The notes: generated from the letters alone by a model not told the origin. 64,000 nucleotides of DNA from an uncultured archaeon (GCA_963817525.1 CAWFOU010000001.1:1024001-1088000); one strand, 5' to 3'; numbered from the stretch's first letter, positions 9,537 through 19,488 are shown. A program made the numbers and translations.

Positions 9537-10226
9537 TTGGGACGAGCCACGGTAGGCATTCAGGGATCGACGCGTACGCGGGCTAAGGTATTCGTCTGCG
9601 TCCTCGCGGCGCTCTTCGTCTTGGGGACGACGTCAAGGGCGTTCGGCGAGGTCACGGACTCCTCTGGAAACGTGGTCTACGTGTTCGGGTCGAACGTCTC
9701 CGAGAACCAGAGCAACTACACCCTGTATTATACGACGCCGACCGTCATCCGGGCGGGCGTGAGCACCAACATGACGTTCTTCGTCTACGTCACCGAGCTC
9801 TCCGGGTGGAAGATACAGAGCCAGACGCAGATACTGGAGATCACTATCAACACCCCGACTACGCAGGTGATAACCGAGAAGGCGCAGAACGCCGTGACCC
9901 TCTACCAGGGAGGCCGATGGGGGCCTTTCAACATGACCTTTGACCTCAACGACAGCCAGATCGGGCTCCGTCCTGGGCAGTCAACCAACGCGACGATCTA
10001 CGCAAATCTGGTGGTCTACGAGGCATACGACAACCCGGCGTCCCCGTTCGTCTCGCCCAGCGGCTACACCCTGACGCTGGCCAACGTGCAGGTCTACTCG
10101 ACGCCCTCCGGCCAAGTTCCAACATCAGACCGCCTGCTCGCGTCTTTAGGGGTGGGAGCGGGCGTCGTGGCGGCGCTGGTCGGGGTCGCCGTGATGACCA
10201 GGAAGAAGGAAGTTCAGGTGTCCTGA
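9537..10226 (+). CDS. Secreted beta-rich hypothetical protein with C-terminal TM anchor
   Basis: Hydrophobic N-terminal signal, several N-x-S/T sequons, C-terminal TM followed by RKK. Start uncertain (TTG 9537 or ATG 9486). Confidence 0.7.
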   Translation: MGRATVGIQGSTRTRAKVFVCVLAALFVLGTTSRAFGEVTDSSGNVVYVFGSNVSENQSNYTLYYTTPTVIRAGVSTNMTFFVYVTELSGWKIQSQTQILEITINTPTTQVITEKAQNAVTLYQGGRWGPFNMTFDLNDSQIGLRPGQSTNATIYANLVVYEAYDNPASPFVSPSGYTLTLANVQVYSTPSGQVPTSDRLLASLGVGAGVVAALVGVAVMTRKKEVQVS

Positions 10227-10265
10227 CCGACCCTTGCGGCGGTCGGCTCCGGGCCCTTGTCTCGG

Positions 10266-10736
10266 CTAGCCGCCCTGGTTGTATCCGCCCGCGATGACCT
10301 GGCACGCAGAGGCGGGTGAGGAGCACTGGTGCGTGTACGGGTCGCAGCTGTTGTCACCGCTACAGCCCGCGTCGAACACGCAGTTGTAGCAGGTCTTCCA
10401 CGGCTCTTGCGTCGGGCCGACTCCGTTACCGCAGGTCTCCTGGAGGAGCGTGCAAAGGGAGGGGCTCGTCCCCGTGGGGCACGCAAAGCTGGGGGCGTTC
10501 GACCCCTTCGCGGGGACCGAGTAGCTGGTCCCGTTGTATACGACGGTGACGCGGTTCTCGCCCAGGACCTGGTTCGCTATGACCTGTCCCTGCCCGCCGG
10601 CGCCGGAGGTGTTCGTCGTCCCAGCCTTCAAGGTGGGGGGGAGCGTGTAAAAGTACACCGCCAATCCGCCGACGATGACCAACGCTATTACTAACGCAAC
10701 TAGTGACGCCTTGAGAATCGCGGCGGTTCTCTTCAT
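10266..10736 (-). CDS. N-terminally anchored Cys-rich small exported protein
   Basis: MKRTAA plus a TM helix, then a T/S/G linker and 9 Cys in the last ~70 aa. Confidence 0.75.
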   Translation of the reverse strand: MKRTAAILKASLVALVIALVIVGGLAVYFYTLPPTLKAGTTNTSGAGGQGQVIANQVLGENRVTVVYNGTSYSVPAKGSNAPSFACPTGTSPSLCTLLQETCGNGVGPTQEPWKTCYNCVFDAGCSGDNSCDPYTHQCSSPASACQVIAGGYNQGG

Positions 10737-10938
10737 GCCGGAACCCGTAGGGTCTTCGCGCCCACGCCCGTATTAGAACTTTGAGTCGCCCCCTGGGCAA
10801 TCCGGCGTTGGGGGGAGGCTAGCGGCACGCGGGTCGTCCTCCCGAGAGAGGTCTTAAATCGGACCCGGTCTCGCCCAGTTCTAGTGACGAGTGGGAGGCG
10901 ACGAATCTCCCGGTGGCTCTCAACAAAACGGTGGACAC

Positions 10939-12417
10939 ATGAATAGACGCGACTTTCTGAGGACGGGTGCCATCTTGGGCGCCGGCGCTGCTGCCGCGGC
11001 GGTGGCCTACGTGGGCTTGAGCCCCAGGGGGAGGACGGGCATCCTCAGTTCGATCGGGTCTAACGCCACCTCGCAGCTGGGGATCCAAGGGCGCCTTAGC
11101 GACCCCTCAGTCCCCACCGAATACAAGGAGCTCCTCACCTGGCTGCAGTCCGTCTCCGGGCCCTACAAGGGGGTCAAGGTCGAGATAAACCTCCAGGACG
11201 AGCCTGATTATCGGGCTCTGCAGGGCCTCGACGTCGACTTCTTCTCAGCGTCGGGGATAAACTCCCAGTACAATCTCAATCCCTACATCCTCAACCTCGA
11301 GCAGACGAGGCTCGCCGTCCAGACCGCGTCGCCGGCCATAGACATCATCGACTTCGACGCCATCGACATACCCTCGTTCGACCAATACCTCCTCTCTCCG
11401 AAGGTCCTGGCGGAGACGTACCCCGACGTCACCTATCCGGGACTGGACCTGGACGACTTCATGCAGACGCCCATGAACCTCATCGCCACGTACCCGCCCG
11501 TCCTCCCTGACGCGCCCACGCCCCCTGGCGAGCTGTTCTGCCTCCCCTTCAACACGCCCGTGATGATAAGATATTACCGGACCGACGTCTACGGCTCGCT
11601 AAACCTGCCCCAACCCGTAACGTGGGACGACTACTTCAGCCAGGTGCAGACCATCGGGACGTCCACCGACATCTACGGCATTGTGAGCCAGGCGTCGACC
11701 AGCACCCCCATCTTCCACGAGTTCACCAACCACCTCTACAGCTTCGGGGGGAGCTTCTGGGACATCGACGGCGAAAGCATCACCCCGACGGTCAACTCCC
11801 CCGCGAACGTCGAGGCCCTGGAGAACTTTGCCCGATTCTACCCCTACACCCTTCCGTCGTCGATAACCTTCACGTGGGACGACTGCGTCGAGGCGATGGC
11901 CCACGGCCAGGCCGCGAACGCCATAACCTTCGAGGACGACTCGGTCTTGATATACGACCCCCTAAGGTCGATCGAGCAGAACAACACGTCCTATTCTGTG
12001 AACCCTGCCGGCCCCAGCGGGGCGTACTCCACCTACATAGGCGACGGGATCGGGATCTCCAAGTTCTCGAGGAACCCCGAAGCCGCATGGCTCTGGCTCC
12101 AGTGGGCGACGGCCGCGGGGACGCAGATGATGCTCGTCGCGGACAACGAGACGAGGTACGTCCCGAGCCGCACGTCCGTTACCAATTCGTCGTTCGTCCA
12201 GGGGATAATCGCCGCGCCGGACTACTACCCCGTCCGTCTCTCGCAGCAGATACTCGCCTCTGGGCAGATAGGGCACATCCCGGCGTTCAAGGGCTCGGAC
12301 GACGCCGCGGACACGATAGCCGCGCAGCTCTTCAACGCCTACACGGGCGCGTCGTCCGCCCAGGCCGCCCTCGACGCCGCCCAGGCTCAGCTCGAGGCCA
12401 ACATCTACACCTTCTAG
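10939..12417 (+). CDS. Sugar ABC transporter substrate-binding protein (SBP_bac_1 type), Tat signal
   Basis: MNRRDFLR twin-arginine motif; LPFNTPVMIRYYRTD, PVTWDDY and EAAWLWLQW. Confidence 0.88.
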   Translation: MNRRDFLRTGAILGAGAAAAAVAYVGLSPRGRTGILSSIGSNATSQLGIQGRLSDPSVPTEYKELLTWLQSVSGPYKGVKVEINLQDEPDYRALQGLDVDFFSASGINSQYNLNPYILNLEQTRLAVQTASPAIDIIDFDAIDIPSFDQYLLSPKVLAETYPDVTYPGLDLDDFMQTPMNLIATYPPVLPDAPTPPGELFCLPFNTPVMIRYYRTDVYGSLNLPQPVTWDDYFSQVQTIGTSTDIYGIVSQASTSTPIFHEFTNHLYSFGGSFWDIDGESITPTVNSPANVEALENFARFYPYTLPSSITFTWDDCVEAMAHGQAANAITFEDDSVLIYDPLRSIEQNNTSYSVNPAGPSGAYSTYIGDGIGISKFSRNPEAAWLWLQWATAAGTQMMLVADNETRYVPSRTSVTNSSFVQGIIAAPDYYPVRLSQQILASGQIGHIPAFKGSDDAADTIAAQLFNAYTGASSAQAALDAAQAQLEANIYTF

Positions 12418-12518
12418 TCGGGCGAGCCCGACGCCCAACAAGTATAGAAAACTCTTGAATGCGTCGGTTTGCAGGGCTCGAGACAGCCATTGAGTAGATA
12501 TCGTGGGGCGAGGGTCTG

Positions 12519-13460
12519 ATGGTGGGCACCCACCTCGCCGAGACGACCTCGAAGGTCACAGGGTACATGATGGGAGCCGTCAAGAGAATCGTCCCGGCTT
12601 CGGCCCAGCCCGGGGCGGCGAGGGTCTTCGACCGGACAACCAACCTCTTCGAGAGCGCTGTGGGCTGGAGGGAAGAGCTCACCCCACCGCTCAGGATCCG
12701 CCTCCACATCGGCCCGTTCCTCGACCCGCGGCTCTACAGATTCGCGGGGGAGAGGAACGTCGCAGGCTTCAGGGAGCTGGCTGGCCTCAAGCCAGACGCC
12801 GCGTTCCTCGACATCGCCTGCGGGTGCGGCAGGGTGGCGCGCGCCCTCACCGAGTACTTCGGCCCAGGCGCCAAGTACGAGGGGTTCGACGCAGCCAAGA
12901 AGCCCGTGGCGTGGGCGCAGAGCGTCATCACCCCGAAGTTCCCGAACTTCCACTTCAGGACCATCGACACCTTCAACAAGAGGTACAACCCCTCCGGCAA
13001 GACCGGCGCGGCCGACCTGATCTTCCCCTACGAGGATAACGCCTTCGACTTTGCGTTCGCCGGCTCGCTCTACACGCATATGCTCCCGGAGGAGGTCGCG
13101 AACTTCGTCGCGGAGACGAAGCGGGTCCTGAAGCCCGGAGGGACCACCTTCGCCACCTACTGCCTCCTCAACGAGAGGACGCTCCCCATAGCGGACGAGG
13201 GAAGGAGCATGCCCCGCCTGGTCTACAAGTATGGGGACTGCAGGGTGAGGAGCCTAAAGGACCCGGCCCACTTCATCGCGCACCCAGAGGCCTGGGTGAG
13301 GGACCTTTACGCCAAGGCCGGCCTCTCGATCGTGGAGCCCATCGAGAGGGGCACATGGGCGGAGACGACCCAGTCCTCGAGCGAGCTCGAGAAGTATCGC
13401 CTCGGAGGAAGCCCCAGCAAGAAGGCGAGCCAAGACGCTGTCATAGCGGTCAAGCGCTGA
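12519..13460 (+). CDS. Class I SAM-dependent methyltransferase
   Basis: FLDIACGCGR motif I, FPYEDNAFD, RVLKPGG. Confidence 0.9.
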   Translation: MVGTHLAETTSKVTGYMMGAVKRIVPASAQPGAARVFDRTTNLFESAVGWREELTPPLRIRLHIGPFLDPRLYRFAGERNVAGFRELAGLKPDAAFLDIACGCGRVARALTEYFGPGAKYEGFDAAKKPVAWAQSVITPKFPNFHFRTIDTFNKRYNPSGKTGAADLIFPYEDNAFDFAFAGSLYTHMLPEEVANFVAETKRVLKPGGTTFATYCLLNERTLPIADEGRSMPRLVYKYGDCRVRSLKDPAHFIAHPEAWVRDLYAKAGLSIVEPIERGTWAETTQSSSELEKYRLGGSPSKKASQDAVIAVKR

Positions 13461-13470
13461 AGGCGAGCCG

Positions 13471-14337
13471 ATGGAGACCCGCGCCACCCAGATGATGACG
13501 AAACAGTTCGGCAAGACGGGAAGGGCCGTGACCGAGATAGGCATGGGGACCTACTACGACAAGCCGTGGATACGGGTGGCTAAGCATGGGGTCGCGCTCG
13601 GAGCCTCCAGGAAGATCAAAGCGATTCGCGCCGGCCTGGAGAGAGGGATTAACCTCATCGACACCGCGGAGGCGTATTTCTCCGAGCCCTTCGTCGCCAA
13701 GGCCATCAAGGGGAGAAAGAGGGACGAGCTTTTCATCGCGACAAAGGTCTGGCTGGACCACCTCCATCGCGACGACCTCGTGATGGCCCTCGACAGGAGC
13801 CTCCGGAGGATGGAGCTCACCTACGTCGACCTCTACCAGATACACTTCCCGAACAGCAGCGTCCCGATCGCCGAGACGATGGGTGCGATGGAGGAAATGA
13901 TTGAGAAGGGGAAGATACGCGCCATCGGCGTGAGCAACTTCTCGCTCGCGCAGATGACAGAGGCGAACTCTGCGCTGAGAAAGTCGCAGCTGGCGGCGAG
14001 CCAGGTCAATTACAGCCTGGTCCACAGGAAGGTGGAGAGGGACATCATCCCCTACTGCCAGCAGAACGGGCTCGCAGTGCTCGCATACTACCCCCTAGGC
14101 CACGGGACCCTGGCGAAGCCGAGCCCCAAGTTGGACGCCATCTGCCGGAGGAACTCCAAGACAGCGGCGCAGGTCGCTCTGAACTGGCTGGTCTCAAAGC
14201 CCAACGTCTTCGCGATACCTCGCGCCTCGCGCTCCAACCACGTGGTGGAGGACCTCGGCGGCAGCGGCTGGCGGCTCAGCGAGGGCGAGATTGCGGAACT
14301 CGAAACTGCGTTCCCCATAGATGGAACAGGTCAGTAG
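13471..14337 (+). CDS. Aldo/keto reductase
   Basis: IDTAEAY, FIATK, DLYQIHFP, GKIRAIGVSNF, AQVALNWL. Confidence 0.95.
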   Translation: METRATQMMTKQFGKTGRAVTEIGMGTYYDKPWIRVAKHGVALGASRKIKAIRAGLERGINLIDTAEAYFSEPFVAKAIKGRKRDELFIATKVWLDHLHRDDLVMALDRSLRRMELTYVDLYQIHFPNSSVPIAETMGAMEEMIEKGKIRAIGVSNFSLAQMTEANSALRKSQLAASQVNYSLVHRKVERDIIPYCQQNGLAVLAYYPLGHGTLAKPSPKLDAICRRNSKTAAQVALNWLVSKPNVFAIPRASRSNHVVEDLGGSGWRLSEGEIAELETAFPIDGTGQ

Positions 14338-14380
14338 GCCCCAGCCCCGCGAGCCGTTCCTAATCTCTTTGCGCTAGCCG

Positions 14381-16657
14381 TTATCCGGCCTTGCGGCCGC
14401 GACGGATTACCACGTTGGCCACCGTCACTATAATGGCGAACGTGACCGCGGCGTAGGCGATGTCGTTCAGCGGCAGGTTGGATGACACCGCCACCACGCT
14501 CGTGGAGACGGAAGTCGTGCCGTTGCCTATCCCCGTTCCGAGTGTGAACGCCATCAAGGCACCCGGCTGGGTCTGGGACCCTCCGACATCGCCATCATAC
14601 AGCCACCTCCCTCCTCCGATTATCTGGTAGAGATACCATTCACCGTTGGCTGCCTGACCTATGGTCGGGTCGACAAAGAGGGGGGAGCCGATGTAGAGCT
14701 TGTGAATCGTCTTGCCGGTGGCAGCGTTGAGGAAGAGCTCCGTCCCGTTACCCGTGGGAACTATGAGCATGCCGTTGGTGTAGGTCATCCCCCCCCTGAA
14801 CACCGTGTTAGGGATGAAGACGCTCCACTCCGGCTTGCCGGTGTTCGCGTTGATTGCGGCAATCGTGGTATTGTCAGGCCAGTTTAGCGTCCTCAGGGCG
14901 TTTGCGTACTGCGTGCTGTTGTCGATGTCGTAGACGATCGGAGCGCTGTTGAACCAGGCCCCGAAGATGGTGTTTCCGTTGTAGGCGATGTCGCTCTCGA
15001 GCGCGCCACCTAGGCCCGGTGACTGAATCCACGAAGCGTTGGGGTAGTCAGGCCACGGCGTCATCATCTGGGTCGCGTTCGTAGGATCGTAAGGCAGCGA
15101 GCCCGGCTCGTACTTTACTGCGGGGTTGATGTAGACCCAGTTGGGGGCTCCGGTCGCCGCGTTGAGGGAGAAGAGTAGACCTTCCTTGTCCGCCTTGAAT
15201 ATCGCGGTCGTCCCGTTAACGTTGCCGATCACGGAGTTCCACGACGCGTCCTGGTCGTTCAGGCCGTGCGGGAGCATCTGGAACCACCAAACGATCTTGC
15301 CTGTGCTCAAATCCACGGCCATCTCGGTCGACGAATAGAGGTTCAGGCCTGGCCTTTCGTTGGGGTTGGCTGGGCAGGTGGACCCGTAGCAGTACTCGAA
15401 CGGCCCTGCCTCGCCGGTCCCAAAGTACATGATGCCCGTCTTGTTATCGATAGCATACTGTCCCCAAGAAGTGGAGACTCCGGAGGCCGCGGCCTTCGGT
15501 ACACCCCAATCTCCGCCCGGATTGGTCGCGGTCGCGCCTATATCGGTCACGCTCTTCGGAATGGATGTGCACGGAATCGCCTTCGTGCCGTTGGCGACAT
15601 AGGCCGGGTAGTCGAACACCCATCCGACGCTGCACGCCTCGTTGTCCCAGTTGGAGTCCCCCGTGCTGGGCGGCTGCAGGAACACCTGCCACATCACCCC
15701 TTGGCCAGGCGTCTCGGGGGCGCACGTCCCCTCCAAGGTCCCCACCGTGTAGCTCTCGGAGTTGCCGGGGGCGCAGGCGGCGTTGAAGCCCTTCGCTCCA
15801 GCGGCGAGCACGGCCGACGCGTTGAAAGCGGTCAGGAAGGTCCTCCCTCCCATGTCCGTGTATCCTCCCATCACATAGACCAGCAGGCCATTGTAGTATT
15901 CAGGCGGGTCGGAAGTGTATGTCGCCGGATAAGCGCCTCCACCGTTGCCGGGGACGTTCACGCAGATGTTTGTGATGTGGTAGGCGACGTCGCCTGTGTC
16001 AGCGTTAAAGCCCCAGACCTCGCAGTCGAAGCCTGTGACGCTGATTATCCCTTGGTCGCCTATCGTAAAGTAGTTGATCCCGTGCTTGTGTTCGACGGGC
16101 GAGGCGCAGTCCGCAACAGGGTTGTTGTTTGCGGCGCACCAGAACGTGTCGTTGTAGCTGCATTCTGTTGCTGCGCAGGGGGTGATGTTCCCGTGCGAGA
16201 CCTGCGACTCGATGATCGGGACGTTGGCCAGGGCCGACTGGAAGTTCGTGGTTATCGCCTGGCTCCACACTTGTACTCCGTTCTCCGCGTTTAACGCGTA
16301 GACGACACCTTGGTTTGTGACGAAGTAAGCTATTCCCTGTACGATTATGGGAGGAGAGTCCGCACCAGGCTCGACCGCCCACTGTGCGCCGGGCGCCTGC
16401 GCCCAACTGGGGTCAGTCGCGGGCATCGGGATGGTCCAGTTCATGACTAGACTGCCCACGTTGCTGGGGCTGAAAGCAGTCTGCGGCGAGTCGTTCGTGC
16501 CGTTGAGATTGTAGTTTATCGTCTCCCAGTTCGCCCCCGCCGGGGAGGAGGACGCCTGCGCGTTCGCGGGGGTGGGAACCGCGAATACTCCCAGGATGCC
16601 TGAGATGACTAATATCGGCATTATGAATATCGCAGCGGAGCGATAACGTCCCAACAT
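14381..16657 (-). CDS. PQQ-binding beta-propeller dehydrogenase with Cys-rich inserts and C-terminal TM anchor
   Basis: Signal peptide, VYALNAENGVQVW blades, RPGLNLYSS, WWFQMLPHGLNDQD, ESDIAY, C-terminal TM plus RRGRK. Confidence 0.9.
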   Translation of the reverse strand: MLGRYRSAAIFIMPILVISGILGVFAVPTPANAQASSSPAGANWETINYNLNGTNDSPQTAFSPSNVGSLVMNWTIPMPATDPSWAQAPGAQWAVEPGADSPPIIVQGIAYFVTNQGVVYALNAENGVQVWSQAITTNFQSALANVPIIESQVSHGNITPCAATECSYNDTFWCAANNNPVADCASPVEHKHGINYFTIGDQGIISVTGFDCEVWGFNADTGDVAYHITNICVNVPGNGGGAYPATYTSDPPEYYNGLLVYVMGGYTDMGGRTFLTAFNASAVLAAGAKGFNAACAPGNSESYTVGTLEGTCAPETPGQGVMWQVFLQPPSTGDSNWDNEACSVGWVFDYPAYVANGTKAIPCTSIPKSVTDIGATATNPGGDWGVPKAAASGVSTSWGQYAIDNKTGIMYFGTGEAGPFEYCYGSTCPANPNERPGLNLYSSTEMAVDLSTGKIVWWFQMLPHGLNDQDASWNSVIGNVNGTTAIFKADKEGLLFSLNAATGAPNWVYINPAVKYEPGSLPYDPTNATQMMTPWPDYPNASWIQSPGLGGALESDIAYNGNTIFGAWFNSAPIVYDIDNSTQYANALRTLNWPDNTTIAAINANTGKPEWSVFIPNTVFRGGMTYTNGMLIVPTGNGTELFLNAATGKTIHKLYIGSPLFVDPTIGQAANGEWYLYQIIGGGRWLYDGDVGGSQTQPGALMAFTLGTGIGNGTTSVSTSVVAVSSNLPLNDIAYAAVTFAIIVTVANVVIRRGRKAG

Positions 16658-16879
16658 CTTCGGTTTGATTTTTCCGCATTATATAGTTTCTTTGAGGTCC
16701 GAGTTTCACACGCGTCGGCGAAAGATGAATCGCGGCGAGTTTTGGCCTCGAGAGATCAGGTCATCACCGCCGAAGGCCCGGAGCTCTTCTCCAGAATGGA
16801 CGGGCTACGGAGCCTCCAGACTTTCTGAACTACTTGCCCTCTGGGCCGCCGATGCACCGGCTGGGGGAAGTCCGTCCGC

Positions 16880-17683
16880 TCAGGAGTGGGGCCGTTTCCT
16901 GATCTTTATGACGCCGAAGGCGAGGATCCCGAACAGGAACGCGTAGACTGAGGCGGCTACGTATGGCCCTGCGTGCCACTCGAAGCTCTTCTCAGAGACC
17001 AGGTTCGGGTTCTGTCCTTCCTTCATCGCCGTCCACTGGGGGAAGGTCGTGGCCGAGACGGGGTATTGTTCGGTGAACGCCACGTAATTCCAGTTCTCCT
17101 TGACAATCTGCCACTGCCCGCCCACGTAGTTCCAGACCTGGTTCGCGTCGACGGTGATGGCTAGATTACCCACCACCGTGCTGACCCCCTTTTGGAATAG
17201 TGTAAGAGTGACGTTGTACGCGTCGGGGCTCAGCTCCTTGGCGACCACGTTCGATATAGACGCGTTCAGAGACGTTGTCTTGCCTATAGTAGATCCATAG
17301 AGGATCCTGATGTTTCCCTGGCCGTTGTAGGTTCCGGCGAGGCCCGACGCAGACGACCCGGCCCAGACGACTGCCGCGTCCTGCGAATAGAAATTGCCTA
17401 GAGCAGCCACGTTACGGTCGTTAAAGTCGGCCACCCATTGAGTGACTGCTGCCGAAACGTTGGTCGACGGCGTGACGCAGCTGGACGAGGGAGTAGAGCA
17501 GTATATCGTGGAAGACGCGCCTGACGCCACACTGGTTGTTGCGCCTGAGGACGATGACGCCTTCGGCAGGAAGACCAGTTCGACTGCGACGCCGATCGCG
17601 ACGAACACCACGACCGCTATCGCGAGGGCCGATATGGCGAGGCGTCCGCCAGGGGTGCGCACGGAGCGGGTAAAGTTGGTCAT
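16880..17683 (-). CDS. NTF2/SnoaL-like domain protein with N- and C-terminal TM helices
   Basis: WVADFNDRNVAALGNFYSQDA...GTYNG...GQWQIVKENW is a typical NTF2-like pattern. Confidence 0.75.
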   Translation of the reverse strand: MTNFTRSVRTPGGRLAISALAIAVVVFVAIGVAVELVFLPKASSSSGATTSVASGASSTIYCSTPSSSCVTPSTNVSAAVTQWVADFNDRNVAALGNFYSQDAAVVWAGSSASGLAGTYNGQGNIRILYGSTIGKTTSLNASISNVVAKELSPDAYNVTLTLFQKGVSTVVGNLAITVDANQVWNYVGGQWQIVKENWNYVAFTEQYPVSATTFPQWTAMKEGQNPNLVSEKSFEWHAGPYVAASVYAFLFGILAFGVIKIRKRPHS

Positions 17684-17756
17684 GTGTGCGATACCTCTCC
17701 AAAAGGTAAAACGGGCAGTATTAACCCTTGCTTCCGTATGTCGAGGCCTCTCATGG

Positions 17757-18353
17757 TTATGCGCTTCCCGAGGATTTTGAGTTGACGTAGTTCAGTACGC
17801 CCAATAGGATGCTTAGGAGCGCGATGACTATGAAGGCCGCCTCGATGACGACGGGCATGTCGTTGAAGACCGATGTGGAGCTGTTGGAGAGAGGCGGGAA
17901 GATGTCGACGGAAATCGCTTCCGCGGCAACAGCCGCTCCTCCGCCTGTTGCAATCACGCCTCCTCCGACGTAGCCAACCGCCGCCATGCAGGCAGTCGCG
18001 CCCAGTACGCCGACTTCGAACAGGAGGATTTGTGCTCGGGAGAAGAAGCTGTTGATCTCGGTCTTTCCGCGCAGCATGTCGCCCAGATAGAAGAGCGCAG
18101 CCCATCCGAACGAGCCGAGTACCCCCACGATGAGCCAAGTGAAGTATCCTATGAAGAGCCAGGTGCCCGGCCAGCTTGTGACCATGTTGTCGTGGCAGCC
18201 GAACATTCCAGGTGAGACGGAGACGCAGAGGTACGGGTCGAGGATGATTGCCGAAAAGATAACAGAAAGGACGACGTTGAAGGTCCCGAGAGCGAGGAAC
18301 CTTTTTGCCAGGTCGGTTGTCTTCATCGTCCCAGATAGGAAGGGAATTTTCAT
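17757..18353 (-). CDS. 4-TM membrane protein, WPGTW family (paralogue of 18490-19212)
   Basis: WPGTWLFIGYFTWLIVGVLG and GYVGG are shared with the neighbouring gene. Confidence 0.8.
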   Translation of the reverse strand: MKIPFLSGTMKTTDLAKRFLALGTFNVVLSVIFSAIILDPYLCVSVSPGMFGCHDNMVTSWPGTWLFIGYFTWLIVGVLGSFGWAALFYLGDMLRGKTEINSFFSRAQILLFEVGVLGATACMAAVGYVGGGVIATGGGAAVAAEAISVDIFPPLSNSSTSVFNDMPVVIEAAFIVIALLSILLGVLNYVNSKSSGSA

Positions 18354-18489
18354 GTTCGGAGTCTCCGTTCAAAACAGTTCAAAGGAAAGCTACTTTCCAA
18401 TTGCTTAGAGCTACGCTTCGATGTCAAATTATTAAAGCATTACCTAAATTCGGCGCACGACGAGCTTCCTAAGTTATCTGGGGGGGCCG

Positions 18490-19212
18490 GTGGGACTCTT
18501 GCGGGAAACCGAGACTCGACGTGGCGAGTATGCCGTTAAATACGCCGTTCCATCGGCGAACGACGTGGCTTCGCTCAGCTTGGACAAGCTGGTCAGGTAC
18601 TTCGTCTACCTGACGATATTCAATGTATGCGCGGCTATCGCGTTCACCACGCCTGTGATCATCCCCCAGCTGGCGTTCCCCCTCAAGCTCACGGTCTGGC
18701 CGGGAACGTGGATGTTCATCGCTTACTTCGTCTTCCTCATCGTCGGCGTCCTAGGTACCCTGGGGTGGGCGGTGTTGCTCGACCTCATCAGGCGGATTAC
18801 GGGGGCCAAGTCCTGCGACAAGTTCCTCGCCATCACCAGCATCGTGCTCATCGAGGTCCCCGTCTACACGCAGACTAGCCTGATGTTCACCGCGGGGTAC
18901 GTAGGCGGGACCTACGCCTTCGCCACGCAGGTCGGGTCGGCCCTCATCACATACATCATAGGCCCCCTTGTCATCCCGATAGGCGTGTCCATCTTCATCT
19001 ATTGCATCGGCACGCTCCTCGGCCTCATGAACGTCGTGTTCATCTTCACAGACGGTTCGAGGTCCTCAGCCGCGGACGCTGCGGCTGTCTCCGGGACGGC
19101 CCCTTCGCCGCCTAGCCAGGGCGGCCCGCACATGCTGACGGAGATCGGCCAGAACCTGAATGTGGCGTCCGCCAGGATGCGAGGCCTCGGCAGAATCCTA
19201 AAAAAGGTCTGA
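18490..19212 (+). CDS. 4-TM membrane protein, WPGTW family (paralogue of 17757-18353)
   Basis: WPGTWMFIAYFVFLIVGVLG and GYVGG. Confidence 0.8.
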   Translation: MGLLRETETRRGEYAVKYAVPSANDVASLSLDKLVRYFVYLTIFNVCAAIAFTTPVIIPQLAFPLKLTVWPGTWMFIAYFVFLIVGVLGTLGWAVLLDLIRRITGAKSCDKFLAITSIVLIEVPVYTQTSLMFTAGYVGGTYAFATQVGSALITYIIGPLVIPIGVSIFIYCIGTLLGLMNVVFIFTDGSRSSAADAAAVSGTAPSPPSQGGPHMLTEIGQNLNVASARMRGLGRILKKV

Positions 19213-19227
19213 CGGAGGTTCTAGAGT

Positions 19228-19440
19228 GTGTCATCGACCTCCGTGTTTCGGAACCCAGCCCTGTATTGGGCTATCTCGGCTGGGACCCTTCTGGCGGGGT
19301 CGAGCTTCATCTACGTGTCTATCAAGGCCCCCTTCTTCTGGGGAGGAATCTACGTTCCCGGCATAATCCTGCTCAACGTGTGGGCGCTGAGCACGATCGC
19401 CGGGGCCTGGGTATACCTAAGGCGCAAGCAAGGGAACTAA
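19228..19440 (+). CDS. Small 2-TM membrane protein
   Basis: 70 aa with two hydrophobic segments and a basic C-terminus. GGAGG lies upstream and the gene starts 15 nt after the previous one ends. Confidence 0.65.
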   Translation: MSSTSVFRNPALYWAISAGTLLAGSSFIYVSIKAPFFWGGIYVPGIILLNVWALSTIAGAWVYLRRKQGN

Positions 19441-19488
19441 GAACCGCGCCGGCCCAAACAAAGTCCGTCTCCCCATGGGAGATCTAGG

